The position numbers and the translations under genes were made by a program. From IMG/VR virus record IMGVR_UViG_3300045974_000132, positions 186,001 through 250,000 of that record: a stretch of 64,000 nt of DNA. One strand, written 5' to 3'. Within the stretch, counting starts at the first letter, position 1. Each line of letters starts with the position of its first letter. Positions 35,582 through 45,569 of this stretch are shown one piece after another. Below the pieces are notes generated by a model, which saw only the letters and a list, made by a program, of their open reading frames with translations, ran no database searches and had not been told where the DNA came from.

Positions 35582-35812
35582 ATGAAAGCAGCCTCGCTTA
35601 AACGTCTAGCTTACAGGTTCTTCACTTTCAGGTGGGCTTGGACTTGGATGCTAATGGATTCAGATGATCCGACTTGTCACTGTGCTTTGTACAGAGACCG
35701 GGGCTGCTCGTATGTAGATAGCTGTTTATGCAAGTACCCTTACTGCTCAATACTAAAAGAGTATAAACGAACTAAACCTAGAGGACATCATGGGCCTTTA
35801 TCGAATATATGA
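35582..35812 (+). CDS. small Cys-rich hypothetical protein
   Basis: packed ORF. Confidence 0.5.
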   Translation: MKAASLKRLAYRFFTFRWAWTWMLMDSDDPTCHCALYRDRGCSYVDSCLCKYPYCSILKEYKRTKPRGHHGPLSNI

Positions 35813-36017
35813 AACGGGTGTAGCTACACCTGTCGGAGTTATTGTTGCAAAGAATAAAGCGGTAGCGGAAGCTTATGCTCAAGGCAAATACGGAGCAAGC
35901 TCTTCTGTACAACTTGTTAATTGGAAGCAAGTTCTTGAGCAGGGTCAAGTTTGCGTAGTAATTGAAACTCATGAGAAGAGTACAGGACTTCACGGAACTA
36001 TTCGGGTAATAACATGA
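35790..36017 (+). CDS. hypothetical protein
   Basis: GAGGA RBS. Confidence 0.6.
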   Translation: MGLYRIYETGVATPVGVIVAKNKAVAEAYAQGKYGASSSVQLVNWKQVLEQGQVCVVIETHEKSTGLHGTIRVIT

Positions 36018-36469
36018 TGGAAATAACAGAGCATATAAAACATCAGTCTTGGAAGCTCCTTGTAGATCAACATATAGGCGGTGGGAGTGCACGCGCTGTT
36101 TGGTCTTCATTGTTATTCCCAGACGCTGTTATAAAAGTCGAAGATGATGCACGATCATTCCAAAATGTTATGGAATGGGAGACTTGGCATCGAGTAAAAG
36201 GTAGTGCTTACGAAAAATGGTTTGCACCTTGCTTGCACATAAGCCCAGATGGTACTCTCTTGCTTATGGCTAAGACTACATTGCCCGGCATGAGTGATCT
36301 TCCTCCGAAGATGCCTATTTTTCTATGTGACTTCAAACGAACAAACTATGGGCTGCTAGATGGAAGAATTGTATGCCATGATTATGGCCTACCTCATTCT
36401 ATTAAAACAGGTATGTCTAAGCGTATGCAAGATGTAACTTGGACAGACAACGTTAAGGTTGCATATTAA
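36014..36469 (+). CDS. minimal protein-kinase-like fold protein
   Basis: IGGGSARAV Gly loop, VIKV, helix-C Glu, DFKRTN catalytic loop, DYG. Confidence 0.75.
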   Translation: MMEITEHIKHQSWKLLVDQHIGGGSARAVWSSLLFPDAVIKVEDDARSFQNVMEWETWHRVKGSAYEKWFAPCLHISPDGTLLLMAKTTLPGMSDLPPKMPIFLCDFKRTNYGLLDGRIVCHDYGLPHSIKTGMSKRMQDVTWTDNVKVAY

Positions 36470-36481
36470 ATAGGCCATATA

Positions 36482-37387
36482 ATGAAACTTACACGACGCG
36501 GTTTTCTAAAGCTTTCTGGCAGCATGTTCTTGGCAGCAGTTCCTATACCTGCTTTCTGTGAGGTATCTTCTTCTGAGAATGTTATAACTCAGGCTTTGCT
36601 AAATCCTAGCATCCCTCTACCTATTACAGCACTGACTGACATAAACAATATCATCTGCTCCGTGCATGAAGCTTATGAATTCATTATCAATAAGTTTGAA
36701 GTTAATGATGCAAGAACGCAGTCTTACATGCGCGAGGGTGTATATCAAACTATGCAGGAGTTTCAGTCCCGGCGTCAGATATATGATTTCGCTGTTGTCT
36801 GTGATGATTCAAACAACCCTGTGTCTGTCATTGATTCTAATGATCTGATACTAGACGTTGCTATTAAGGTATTTCCTTTTGCAGATGCTCATTTGCGATT
36901 TTCAATGCAGGAAGACTTACGGGATGTGATTGATAAGTCTTTGCATATTTCAGATGTGATACTTGTCACCAATGATCTGAATCTGGATGTGCAAACGCTT
37001 GCTAAGAGTAAGCCTGCCTTATGCGTATATGCAGTAGCCCAATCTGCAACACCTTCAGACTTAGAGAATTTACACTCGGCTATATGCTCCACCTTTTTTG
37101 ACAATTATCGTTCACATAAAGAATACGGTGAAGATAATACATTGATGGGGCCGCGCAGAGGACTCCTTAGGTCTGAGCATATGTCTAAGGTGAATTGGAA
37201 TAGTACCTACTTGTCACACGCTCAACGCGATGCCGCTTATGCGCGAGGTATAAACTCTTTTACTAACTATCCGGGTATGGGTGTATGTGCCTGGAGTTCA
37301 TTTGCTTGGTTTAACGGTGTTCTGTATGATCGAACTACCATAACATCTTTTACTTCACGCGATATTTCTTTTGAGGAAGTTGTATGA
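36482..37387 (+). CDS. Tat-signal protein built from tail-sheath-like domains in permuted order
   Basis: TRRGFLK Tat motif; FEVND...IYDFAVVCDDSNN..VID; RRG...QRDAAY.RGIN...PGMG. Confidence 0.7.
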   Translation: MKLTRRGFLKLSGSMFLAAVPIPAFCEVSSSENVITQALLNPSIPLPITALTDINNIICSVHEAYEFIINKFEVNDARTQSYMREGVYQTMQEFQSRRQIYDFAVVCDDSNNPVSVIDSNDLILDVAIKVFPFADAHLRFSMQEDLRDVIDKSLHISDVILVTNDLNLDVQTLAKSKPALCVYAVAQSATPSDLENLHSAICSTFFDNYRSHKEYGEDNTLMGPRRGLLRSEHMSKVNWNSTYLSHAQRDAAYARGINSFTNYPGMGVCAWSSFAWFNGVLYDRTTITSFTSRDISFEEVV

Positions 37388-37611
37388 CTACGCCTACGCC
37401 TACACAACATGATCTGACACGCGAAGAAGCAATTGCATGGGCTATTGCAAACAACTGTAATTTCCAAGCACCTGTGTTTCCTCCGCCTCAGGGTTGGATG
37501 TGGGCTGATCGAGCAGTTGGTGGGGTGTATAGTATTATTCTTACTCCAGTGTTCACAAATACTGAAGACGCTGAAATAACTATCTCTGATTTAATTAAGG
37601 ATATAACATAA
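37384..37611 (+). CDS. hypothetical protein
   Basis: translationally coupled at both ends. Confidence 0.6.
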   Translation: MTTPTPTQHDLTREEAIAWAIANNCNFQAPVFPPPQGWMWADRAVGGVYSIILTPVFTNTEDAEITISDLIKDIT

Positions 37612-38606
37612 TGAAACAATACTTAGACCTTCTTCGTCGAATTCGTGATACAGGTACGCGTCAAGCTAATCGCACAGGCATTGATTCAATCTTTGTACCT
37701 GGCGCCATGATGCAGTTTGACCTACGCGAAGGCTTCCCAGCTGTCACAACAAAGAAGTTGTTCTTCAAGAAGACTATTGGTGAGAACATCGGCTTCTTGC
37801 AAGGTAAGGACAACGCTGCTGACTTTCGTGCATTAGGTTGTGACATTTGGGATGGCAATGCTAATCGTGACGGCGTTGATCTTGCAGGTAATGTAGTACC
37901 TAATCTGTGGCTGACAAACAAGAATCGCAAAGGTGAAGATGATCTTGGTCGCATCTATGGTGTGCAATGGCGTCACTGGCGTGGCAAGCCTATTCTGAAA
38001 GAATCTACTCCTGTATTTTCTGATGCAAAGAATATGCACTTCCTAGCTGAAATGGACTTCATTGAAGTCGATCAAGTTCAAAACATCCTGGCAAAACTCA
38101 AGACCAATCCTACAGATCGTCGCATGATTATCAATGCTTGGCGTCCTGATGAATTCGATCAGATGGCTTTGCCTCCGTGTCACATCATGTACCAGTTCAT
38201 TGCCAACGTTGAAAAGAATGAACTGCACCTGTGTATGTACCAGCGTAGCTGTGATATGTTCCTCGGTGTTCCGTTTAATATCGCAGGCTCTTCGATCTTG
38301 CTTACTGTGATTGCTGCTTTGACAGGCTTCCAACCTGCTACCTTCACTCACTTCTTAGCTGATGCTCATATCTATGTGAATCACCTTGAGCAGATTGAAC
38401 TGCAACTCAGTCGTGAACCTAAGCAAGCACCTGTTCTTGCTTACACAGGTCCAGGTAGCGAAGAGTGGAACTCTGAAAATGAAATTCCACTATATTCAAG
38501 TGACGGCATTATCTGTGCCTCAGTGTTTGATGAATTGAAGCCTGAACACTTCAACCTTCTTGACTACGATCCGCATCCTGCAATCAAAGCTGACATGGCT
38601 GTATAA
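37611..38606 (+). CDS. thyA: thymidylate synthase
   Basis: RTG, GFPAVTTKK, YGVQWR, ALPPCH, YQRSCD..LGVPFN, DAHIY. Confidence 0.97.
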   Translation: MKQYLDLLRRIRDTGTRQANRTGIDSIFVPGAMMQFDLREGFPAVTTKKLFFKKTIGENIGFLQGKDNAADFRALGCDIWDGNANRDGVDLAGNVVPNLWLTNKNRKGEDDLGRIYGVQWRHWRGKPILKESTPVFSDAKNMHFLAEMDFIEVDQVQNILAKLKTNPTDRRMIINAWRPDEFDQMALPPCHIMYQFIANVEKNELHLCMYQRSCDMFLGVPFNIAGSSILLTVIAALTGFQPATFTHFLADAHIYVNHLEQIELQLSREPKQAPVLAYTGPGSEEWNSENEIPLYSSDGIICASVFDELKPEHFNLLDYDPHPAIKADMAV

Positions 38607-38621
38607 CTAAGGAGAATCAAA

Positions 38622-39041
38622 ATGAATGAAACGAGACCTAAATCTAAAAAAGCTATGGCCCGTGCAGCAAGCGGTAGCACTATATCTGCTCCTAGCTTTG
38701 GTATGAAATCCCCAGGTACGTCTATTGGCGATAGCACACCTTCTATCTCTCAAGTTACCGGTGTATTTAGTACAGCAAATCCTGCTGAAGAATTAGCTAC
38801 ACCTACTTCTCAAGCCTTTGATGATCTTCGTACTATGCTTGATGCAACTGCTATGTATGTAAGTCAGCTTGAGCGTCGGTTGAAACCCGTATCTTCCCAA
38901 CGTGACTGCGGGGAAGGTAAGATGGAATCATATCCTTCTCGCGGGTCAAGTCCTATTGTTACACACATTGAATCTTTGGCCAACTATGTTCAAAATCTAA
39001 ACTGTCAACTTTCTTCCATCATTACTGATCTTGAAATCTAA
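38622..39041 (+). CDS. hypothetical protein
   Basis: AAGGAG RBS. Confidence 0.65.
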   Translation: MNETRPKSKKAMARAASGSTISAPSFGMKSPGTSIGDSTPSISQVTGVFSTANPAEELATPTSQAFDDLRTMLDATAMYVSQLERRLKPVSSQRDCGEGKMESYPSRGSSPIVTHIESLANYVQNLNCQLSSIITDLEI

Positions 39042-39046
39042 TCACC

Positions 39047-40012
39047 ATGACTAAATCTACACAAGCTTCATCCAATAAAATCACCATCAATCACATGTAC
39101 GACCTCTATGAGTTGTACGCGGTTATGTACTCACGCGACTATGCTTGGAAGGCAGCAGAAGCTCGGGGCCTAAGTTATGTTATGACCCAGGCTGCAATCC
39201 GTTCTAAGAAGCTCCTTGCTCAAGGCAAGAAAGCTTATGACTATGCTAAGAACGGTTTCAACGTGCTTGAAGTATTCAGCGGCAAGGGTGAGCATCTTCC
39301 TCACGTTAAGCTGCCTAAAGACCTTACACTGAAGTCTTACACCCATAATGATCTTCGTAATCATACAGGTGTTGCTACAAACTTTGTTCAAGGTGACGCA
39401 CTGACCACTAAGTTTGATGGTCACAACTTTGCTTGTGCTTTGTTCTATAGCATGAGCAGCCTTCATGATGAACACGGGTCCCACAATCGGAAGTATCTGA
39501 TCCAGCTGTTCAAGAACATGTATGACAGTCTGCCTGAAGGCGGCTGCTTCTTCGTAGACTTCTGCCCAGATGGTTATCGTCTAAGCTTGTCTGTTGAATC
39601 TACTGACAACGAAGACATGGCTGAAATCACCGTTGATCCTAATGCTGATCTTCGTGAACGTTTCAACATTCCTTTTGATGTTGAGTGTAAGCTCCGGTAC
39701 AAGAAGCATGTGTATTATGATCGTTCATTGGCTCAGTGCTTCGATCAATTCACTACACCCGTTTCAATCATGGTCGGTAACAAGACTGTTGCCAGTATTA
39801 CAATCGAAGAACCGATGACTCAGCGGTATTTCTCTGAAGCAGAGTTGGCCGATATTGCTCGGGAAGCTGGCTTCAAAGACTTCATGTTCTTCGACCTCAA
39901 CTACTCCAATAGTGATTTCAGTGTTGCTGAAAACATTGTTGAAAGCGATGAAGGTATTGAAACTGAAGAAGCGGACGGCTATATGGTTAACGGCATGATG
40001 GTGATAAAATAA
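39047..40012 (+). CDS. putative class I SAM-dependent methyltransferase
   Basis: VLEVFSGKG motif I, VQGD, LPEGGCFFVD. Confidence 0.65.
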   Translation: MTKSTQASSNKITINHMYDLYELYAVMYSRDYAWKAAEARGLSYVMTQAAIRSKKLLAQGKKAYDYAKNGFNVLEVFSGKGEHLPHVKLPKDLTLKSYTHNDLRNHTGVATNFVQGDALTTKFDGHNFACALFYSMSSLHDEHGSHNRKYLIQLFKNMYDSLPEGGCFFVDFCPDGYRLSLSVESTDNEDMAEITVDPNADLRERFNIPFDVECKLRYKKHVYYDRSLAQCFDQFTTPVSIMVGNKTVASITIEEPMTQRYFSEAELADIAREAGFKDFMFFDLNYSNSDFSVAENIVESDEGIETEEADGYMVNGMMVIK

Positions 40013-40638
40013 TGCTTACACCTGATCAAATTGAACATAACTGGAATGAGCTTCAACGTTACATTCCTGAGCATCTAAAACCTATCTTCTCTCGTTACAA
40101 TCACGATGTGCAAGTAGAGGATGTTCAAATACTAGGACTCATGTGTGCACCTGCTGGTAAGGGTGTGCATCATGCTTATCAAGGAGGCTTAGTTGAGCAT
40201 ATCCTTGAAATGGTCTACTATCTCAATTCTTTTGATAGTCTTCTTGACGAGAGTGATAATCGTGCTTCCTTGGATCACGCAGCTATGATTGAAGGCGCTC
40301 TGTTGCATGATATTCATAAAGGCTTCATGCACTTCTATGTACAGAAGGACGGTAGCTTTGATTACTACAAGGGTGCTTGGAACGCTTTCAACACACCTAA
40401 TCAAAAAACTATTGCTATGCTGATGGAGTGCGATGTTATTATCAGTCCGAAAGTATTGCACATCCTCAATTGTAGTGAAGGCGGCTGGGCTGAGAATGCT
40501 CCTCGCGAAGCAACGGTAGAAGCAAAGCTCGTTTATGTTGCAGATGAATTGAGCGTTGTCAATAGCCGTCTCAAGCAAGGTAACACTAAATCTATTCGTG
40601 ACCAAAAGCCTTCTTGGTTTGATCTATCCGCTTTTTAA
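40012..40638 (+). CDS. HD-domain phosphohydrolase (YhaM-like)
   Basis: APAG..HHAYQGGLVEH; LLHD; EA.LV..AD. Confidence 0.85.
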   Translation: MLTPDQIEHNWNELQRYIPEHLKPIFSRYNHDVQVEDVQILGLMCAPAGKGVHHAYQGGLVEHILEMVYYLNSFDSLLDESDNRASLDHAAMIEGALLHDIHKGFMHFYVQKDGSFDYYKGAWNAFNTPNQKTIAMLMECDVIISPKVLHILNCSEGGWAENAPREATVEAKLVYVADELSVVNSRLKQGNTKSIRDQKPSWFDLSAF

Positions 40639-40647
40639 AAGGTACTT

Positions 40648-41094
40648 ATGTCACAACATCCTCTTCCCATTACATCTAAAAAAGGTGTATCTACTCGCTG
40701 CTTTGTTGAATATGAAATCGACCTAGGTGGTAGTGAGCTTAAACTTCAAACACCTGTGCTGTTCAAGCGTATCCTGCGCGTGGGTACTAAGTTTATTGTC
40801 GTCGCTGAGATTCTCGGTAATCCTGTGGCGGAGTATTCTTTGCAAATTCTCCAAGTAGCTTCAATGAACTACATCCCACTAAGTGCGAAGTACATTGATT
40901 CTATAGTGCTTGCAGATAGTACCTTGGTGCATTTCTTTGCTCAACCTAAGGGCGCAAGTACCGATACTTCTGCACCAGTATCTGAACTAGCGGCTGCTCA
41001 AGTACGTCGTCCTACTAGCCCTCCTCGCGAAGAAGACCTAGTACGTCAAAGTAAGAGCAATCTTCGTGAACAAGTAAAGAACGACAAGGAATAA
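40648..41094 (+). CDS. hypothetical protein
   Basis: AAGG RBS. Confidence 0.6.
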   Translation: MSQHPLPITSKKGVSTRCFVEYEIDLGGSELKLQTPVLFKRILRVGTKFIVVAEILGNPVAEYSLQILQVASMNYIPLSAKYIDSIVLADSTLVHFFAQPKGASTDTSAPVSELAAAQVRRPTSPPREEDLVRQSKSNLREQVKNDKE

Positions 41095-41098
41095 TATC

Positions 41099-41800
41099 AT
41101 GCACGTAATCCCACTCGGTACCGGCGGCGCTTTTGATGAATACGAAACCTGTTACCTAGTTAATGATTCTGTTTTGATTGACTGCGGTCCGTCTTCAATC
41201 AAACGAGCATTCCGGTATGGGTGGGCTGAAGATATTACTCACGTGTTCCTTAGTCACATACATGCAGACCACATTGGTGGTTTTGAAGCCTTGTACTACT
41301 ATCGCAAGTATGTGACTAAGACACCTATCAAGGAAGTATATTGTCCGGGTGAATTCTATAAGCTTGCAAAGCAAATGCCTTTCTTACGTAACAATAAGGT
41401 CAACTTCCAGTTCAACTTCCTAGCAAGCTATTCCAGCAACTTCGTATTTATTGATACTGAGTTTGGTACTATAGGTGTACAACCGTTTCATGTGCTGCAC
41501 GGTGAACTAGAAGCTTACGGCTTTACTATCATTGACCAAGCAACTGGTAAAGTATTAATCATATCAGGTGATACAGACGGCCCTGTTAATGCTCGCCGCA
41601 GTAAATTTGATCTTATGTTTCATGACATAGGATGGGAAGGTCTACCCACTGAGTCTGATGACCATAAAGTTCATCCTCGTGAGTCCGAACTCGTAGAAGC
41701 TTTTGGGGAAGGGGCACCGATTGTTACAATTCACACCGCTGATCGTACTCCCCTTGGTGTATATCCCCGCGCTAAAATTGATAAGGTGTACAATGTCTGA
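41099..41800 (+). CDS. metallo-beta-lactamase fold hydrolase (RNase Z-like)
   Basis: LGTGGA, LIDCG, SHIHADH, SGDT. Confidence 0.85.
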   Translation: MHVIPLGTGGAFDEYETCYLVNDSVLIDCGPSSIKRAFRYGWAEDITHVFLSHIHADHIGGFEALYYYRKYVTKTPIKEVYCPGEFYKLAKQMPFLRNNKVNFQFNFLASYSSNFVFIDTEFGTIGVQPFHVLHGELEAYGFTIIDQATGKVLIISGDTDGPVNARRSKFDLMFHDIGWEGLPTESDDHKVHPRESELVEAFGEGAPIVTIHTADRTPLGVYPRAKIDKVYNV

Positions 41801-43175
41801 TAACAAACCGTTAGTTGTGTATCACAAAATCTCAGAGGCTCTCGATTGCTCTGATGGTTTTGCGTCTGCTTTTGTATTCTGGTTGCGCCACGGTGATAGC
41901 TATGACTACGTACCGGGTATGTACCATAAGAGGCTACCTCTTGAACTCTTTAAAGATCGTGAAGTTTATTTCGTAGACTTTGCCTATGATGATACCGAGT
42001 ACATGGATCAGATAAATTCAGTTTCTGAATCGTTATTAGTGCTAGACCACCATAGAACTTCGATGATCTCTTTAGGCACTAAGCCTTATGCTAGATTGGA
42101 CACTAAAAGTTGCGGCTGCAAGATGGCTTGGGATCTTTTATTTCCAACTCTTCCTTTTCCTTTGATGCTCGATCAGGTGTTTGATAAAGATGTCCAGTCT
42201 AAAAGACTTGCAGATAATGAGCCTTTTATGCAACGCTTACGTAGTATGCCCAATGACTTTAAAGTATGGCATAAGCTCCAGCTTACGTTAGATACTCGTG
42301 GCCCTGCATATGATAAGTTTGTTAAAGAAGGCGACCTCCTTCTCGCTGGGCATAATCAACATTGTGATATTATTGCAGCCAGTGCTTTTCCTATTGTCTT
42401 AGGTGGCATTGAAGGGCTTGCAGTAAATGCTAATAAGTTTTATGCCCATGACGTAGGTGAACTTCTTGCACTAAAGTCTAATACTTTTGGAGCCTCTTTC
42501 CATTTTCGTGAAGATAACTGTGTAGAATTCAGCCTTACAAGTGTAAATGACTTTGATGTAGAAAAGCTTGCCTTTAAGTATAAAGGAGGAGGCCATATTA
42601 ACGCATCCGGCTTCTATATTCCTATTACAAGCTTCTCCAGCATAGTCGACCTTTCAAGTAAGAATGTTTCCTTCTATCTTACTCTTCAAACGCACATTGA
42701 TGAATTCTGCACATCGTATTCTGCACCTTTATTCAGTGAGCAAGCTTCTCATAGGATTGTGCATGATCTAGCAGAATACCTATCTACTAAGTTGGGTAGT
42801 GTGGTAGATGAACTTCAGATTAAAGTCACTACAGTTCGTTCTGAGAATATTGCCCTTAATACTCGAATCCTTCTGTTCATTGCTAATACACTGAATCTAC
42901 CTATGAAGGACTCTAAGAAACGATGGTATCATCATATACTTCCTTACAAGATAAAATCAGTTCCTGTATATGACGACAGCCAGATTTCAGAACTGCTGGA
43001 GTTAGCCCGTTCTGATAATCAAGCGGATACTAACGATTTCATCGTTAACAACCTTCTTCAAACTGTAAAATATAGGTATGAAGCAACACTTATAGACCCT
43101 ACTGCTTATGAAGCATCTGTCAACGTTAGCTTCCCTAATAGCAATTTCTTCATCCAACATAAATTCTCTGTCTAA
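41793..43175 (+). CDS. DHH/DHHA1 phosphoesterase with an extra C-terminal domain
   Basis: DG, FVDF, LDHH, GGGH; about 170 aa C-terminal extension. Confidence 0.85.
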   Translation: MSDNKPLVVYHKISEALDCSDGFASAFVFWLRHGDSYDYVPGMYHKRLPLELFKDREVYFVDFAYDDTEYMDQINSVSESLLVLDHHRTSMISLGTKPYARLDTKSCGCKMAWDLLFPTLPFPLMLDQVFDKDVQSKRLADNEPFMQRLRSMPNDFKVWHKLQLTLDTRGPAYDKFVKEGDLLLAGHNQHCDIIAASAFPIVLGGIEGLAVNANKFYAHDVGELLALKSNTFGASFHFREDNCVEFSLTSVNDFDVEKLAFKYKGGGHINASGFYIPITSFSSIVDLSSKNVSFYLTLQTHIDEFCTSYSAPLFSEQASHRIVHDLAEYLSTKLGSVVDELQIKVTTVRSENIALNTRILLFIANTLNLPMKDSKKRWYHHILPYKIKSVPVYDDSQISELLELARSDNQADTNDFIVNNLLQTVKYRYEATLIDPTAYEASVNVSFPNSNFFIQHKFSV

Positions 43176-43187
43176 GGAATACACACC

Positions 43188-43886
43188 ATGATTTTCAATA
43201 CTCCCGCTCACCCTCTTAAACTTACCGGAACGGTATTCAAAGCTATTGATCCTTTAACCGGTGAGCGCGACTCTTATATCAGTTTGGCCATTCGTACTGC
43301 CTCTCCTTTGAATGATCGCCAGAATCTGCTTCATGCGGTACTGGGTATTGCTGATGAACTGGTTGAACTCGGTAGCTTAATCCGCTATGAGCAACCTGTT
43401 GAAGGTGCTGTATCGGCTTTTGAAAAGTTTAATCTAGCCCTGATTAAAGAGCTAGGCGACATTACTTGGTTTACGGCTCTGTTCGCTGATTGGGTTCAAA
43501 AGGTAAGCTTGGATGTTGATGCCAACACTCTATTTACTCAAATGGTTGAGACATCTACCAATAACTTCTTGGCTACTAAAGAAGTTAGTCAAGGTGATAC
43601 CTCTGATGATCTTATCAGCGACATCTATCAAGAAGGTGTGTACGGTACTGTTGGTCGGTGTATTTCTTTGACTAAGAAGGAATACGCTTACGGTAAGCCG
43701 ATGTCCTTAGATGCTGCTCAACGCTTGTTTGAGGAAGCTCTTACTATCGTTATGACCGTTACTGGTGAAAAGAATATTCCTTTTCTTGATGTGCTGGATC
43801 GCAACATTGAAAAGCTTTCTGCTCGTTACAAGAAAGCAACCTTCACGCAAGAAGAAGCTATCAATCGTGATGAAACGAAGGAGTAA
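43188..43886 (+). CDS. MazG-like nucleotide pyrophosphohydrolase
   Basis: GIADELVE, ELGDITWF, NIEKLSARY. Confidence 0.8.
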   Translation: MIFNTPAHPLKLTGTVFKAIDPLTGERDSYISLAIRTASPLNDRQNLLHAVLGIADELVELGSLIRYEQPVEGAVSAFEKFNLALIKELGDITWFTALFADWVQKVSLDVDANTLFTQMVETSTNNFLATKEVSQGDTSDDLISDIYQEGVYGTVGRCISLTKKEYAYGKPMSLDAAQRLFEEALTIVMTVTGEKNIPFLDVLDRNIEKLSARYKKATFTQEEAINRDETKE

Positions 43887-43888
43887 TC

Positions 43889-44290
43889 ATGGCACCTGAT
43901 ACTCCACCCTCTGCACAAGCTGTCCTAAACGGCTTTGAAGAACTGTATGTAGCCAGTACCTATTATGCAAATCTGCGTAAAGCTTTGTATGAAATAGAAG
44001 CTACCACTTTTACAATGATGGATATTTCTGTACAGGATAACATCATTGCTTCGATCCAAACAAGCTTGCTTCATTTCTTTCTGGAAGTTGGTGGGTTGTT
44101 AGAAGATAATTATTCTTTTGATCCCTTTATCAACATCAACTTCCACAGTGACTTGTGTACGGCTCACTACATACCTTTTGCTATCACTATGCTGTTTGAC
44201 AAGAAGGGTGACGAAAAAGACTTAGGGCTTCTTTCAGTTCTATTCAGTCTCACAATCCTTGAAGGTCGTATTGTTCTGCGATGCGAATAA
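43889..44290 (+). CDS. hypothetical protein
   Basis: AAGGAG RBS. Confidence 0.6.
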   Translation: MAPDTPPSAQAVLNGFEELYVASTYYANLRKALYEIEATTFTMMDISVQDNIIASIQTSLLHFFLEVGGLLEDNYSFDPFININFHSDLCTAHYIPFAITMLFDKKGDEKDLGLLSVLFSLTILEGRIVLRCE

Positions 44291-44622
44291 CCACTTTCCA
44301 GTGGCAACAACGAGTCTTCACCGCTAAGTCATACAAGATCAAGAAGGAAATGGTCGAGTGTGTAGCTTCAGATGGTGAAGCTCGTTCTTTCCCACTTAAA
44401 GACCTTATCTGGGTGAATGAACTAAAACGTGGTAAGCATATTCGTTTTCGAGTCTGCTATCGTGTTAAGCAGGAAGTTAGTGGTGTTCAGATAAAGAGCA
44501 TTAAAAACTCTCCAGCTGTTCCCGGATTCTCAACTGCTATTCTTCCTGACGGTAGTACTCTACTTGTTAATAGGAAGTTGAATACTTTATATCGTAAGGA
44601 CCCTCCTGATGCAAGTCGGTGA
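44281..44622 (+). CDS. hypothetical protein
   Basis: overlapping, packed ORF. Confidence 0.55.
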   Translation: MRITTFQWQQRVFTAKSYKIKKEMVECVASDGEARSFPLKDLIWVNELKRGKHIRFRVCYRVKQEVSGVQIKSIKNSPAVPGFSTAILPDGSTLLVNRKLNTLYRKDPPDASR

Positions 44623-45562
44623 ATACATAATCCTAGCAATCACGCCTATCAAGAATGTTTTAGGGCGCGTAGTCAAGATGGATAAAGAACGAAAGAAGTA
44701 TCAAGCTGTTCTTGAAAAAGATAGCGTCGATGGTCAAAATGTTCCGTTTGACTTTAAGCTTGCTGAGGTAGTTGCTTACTTAGGTAGATCACCTAAAGCA
44801 GGTAGTGCGTACGGTGTTCAAGTAGAGCCTCTTCGTGAGCGTATCGACCATTCGTATTGGGGCGAGATTCGTATCTTTGCTGAGATTGATGACAACCAGC
44901 GTAAAGCAATACGCCTTGCTCTGAAACTCACCAAAGAGAAGCTTGCAAAGATGCGTATGCCTCAGCTTCCTTTGACTGTTGAGATTCGTGAGCAAAAAGG
45001 TAAGCTGCGCGGTTTTTACAAGCACAAGCCTAAAGCAGAGTTTGATACCCTGTGCGCAAAAATCGACGAAGGTGTTTCAGAAATGGACTATATCGTGTCG
45101 CACGAATACGCGCATGGTATTTGGTTCCGTCACATGACACCTAAGCAGCGCATGTCATGGGTACGTCTATACCATGATGCGATCACGTTGAATGATGTTG
45201 CACCGAAAGAACTCAAAGCAATTCTTGAAGACCTCAAGAGTAACGGTGATCTTCGTTCGTATGCTAAGGAAGTTGAGGAAGAAACATTGTTAATCCTCAA
45301 AGCTGTCTTCCGTCATATCAGTCAGGTTCACTCTATTACTCGCCAGCACTTTGAAATGGCTTTGATGCTAGGTGACGATGTATCTGTCTACTGGCCGAAG
45401 AGTGTAGAGCTTAGTGAGAAGAATGTACTCCTAACGGAATACTCAAAACGCTCGCCTGAGGAATTATGGGCAGAAGCCTTTGCTTTGCATTTTACAGGCA
45501 AAAAATTACCTAGTAAGATACATGATCTTCTTGATCGGCACATGCGTACCTTAGTTAAGTGA
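44609..45562 (+). CDS. putative zincin metallopeptidase
   Basis: HEYAH plus downstream EY...PEELWAEAF. Confidence 0.65.
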   Translation: MQVGEYIILAITPIKNVLGRVVKMDKERKKYQAVLEKDSVDGQNVPFDFKLAEVVAYLGRSPKAGSAYGVQVEPLRERIDHSYWGEIRIFAEIDDNQRKAIRLALKLTKEKLAKMRMPQLPLTVEIREQKGKLRGFYKHKPKAEFDTLCAKIDEGVSEMDYIVSHEYAHGIWFRHMTPKQRMSWVRLYHDAITLNDVAPKELKAILEDLKSNGDLRSYAKEVEEETLLILKAVFRHISQVHSITRQHFEMALMLGDDVSVYWPKSVELSEKNVLLTEYSKRSPEELWAEAFALHFTGKKLPSKIHDLLDRHMRTLVK

Positions 45563-45569
45563 GGCTTAT

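Noticed and set aside
25973-38606. Group I introns in nrdJ or thyA
   Set aside because: Both ORFs are continuous with motifs in the expected order
37611-38606. thyA as a pyrimidine hydroxymethylase feeding the glycosyltransferases
   Set aside because: It keeps canonical dUMP-specific motifs (PFN Asn, PPCH, RSCD) and looks like an ordinary thymidylate synthase
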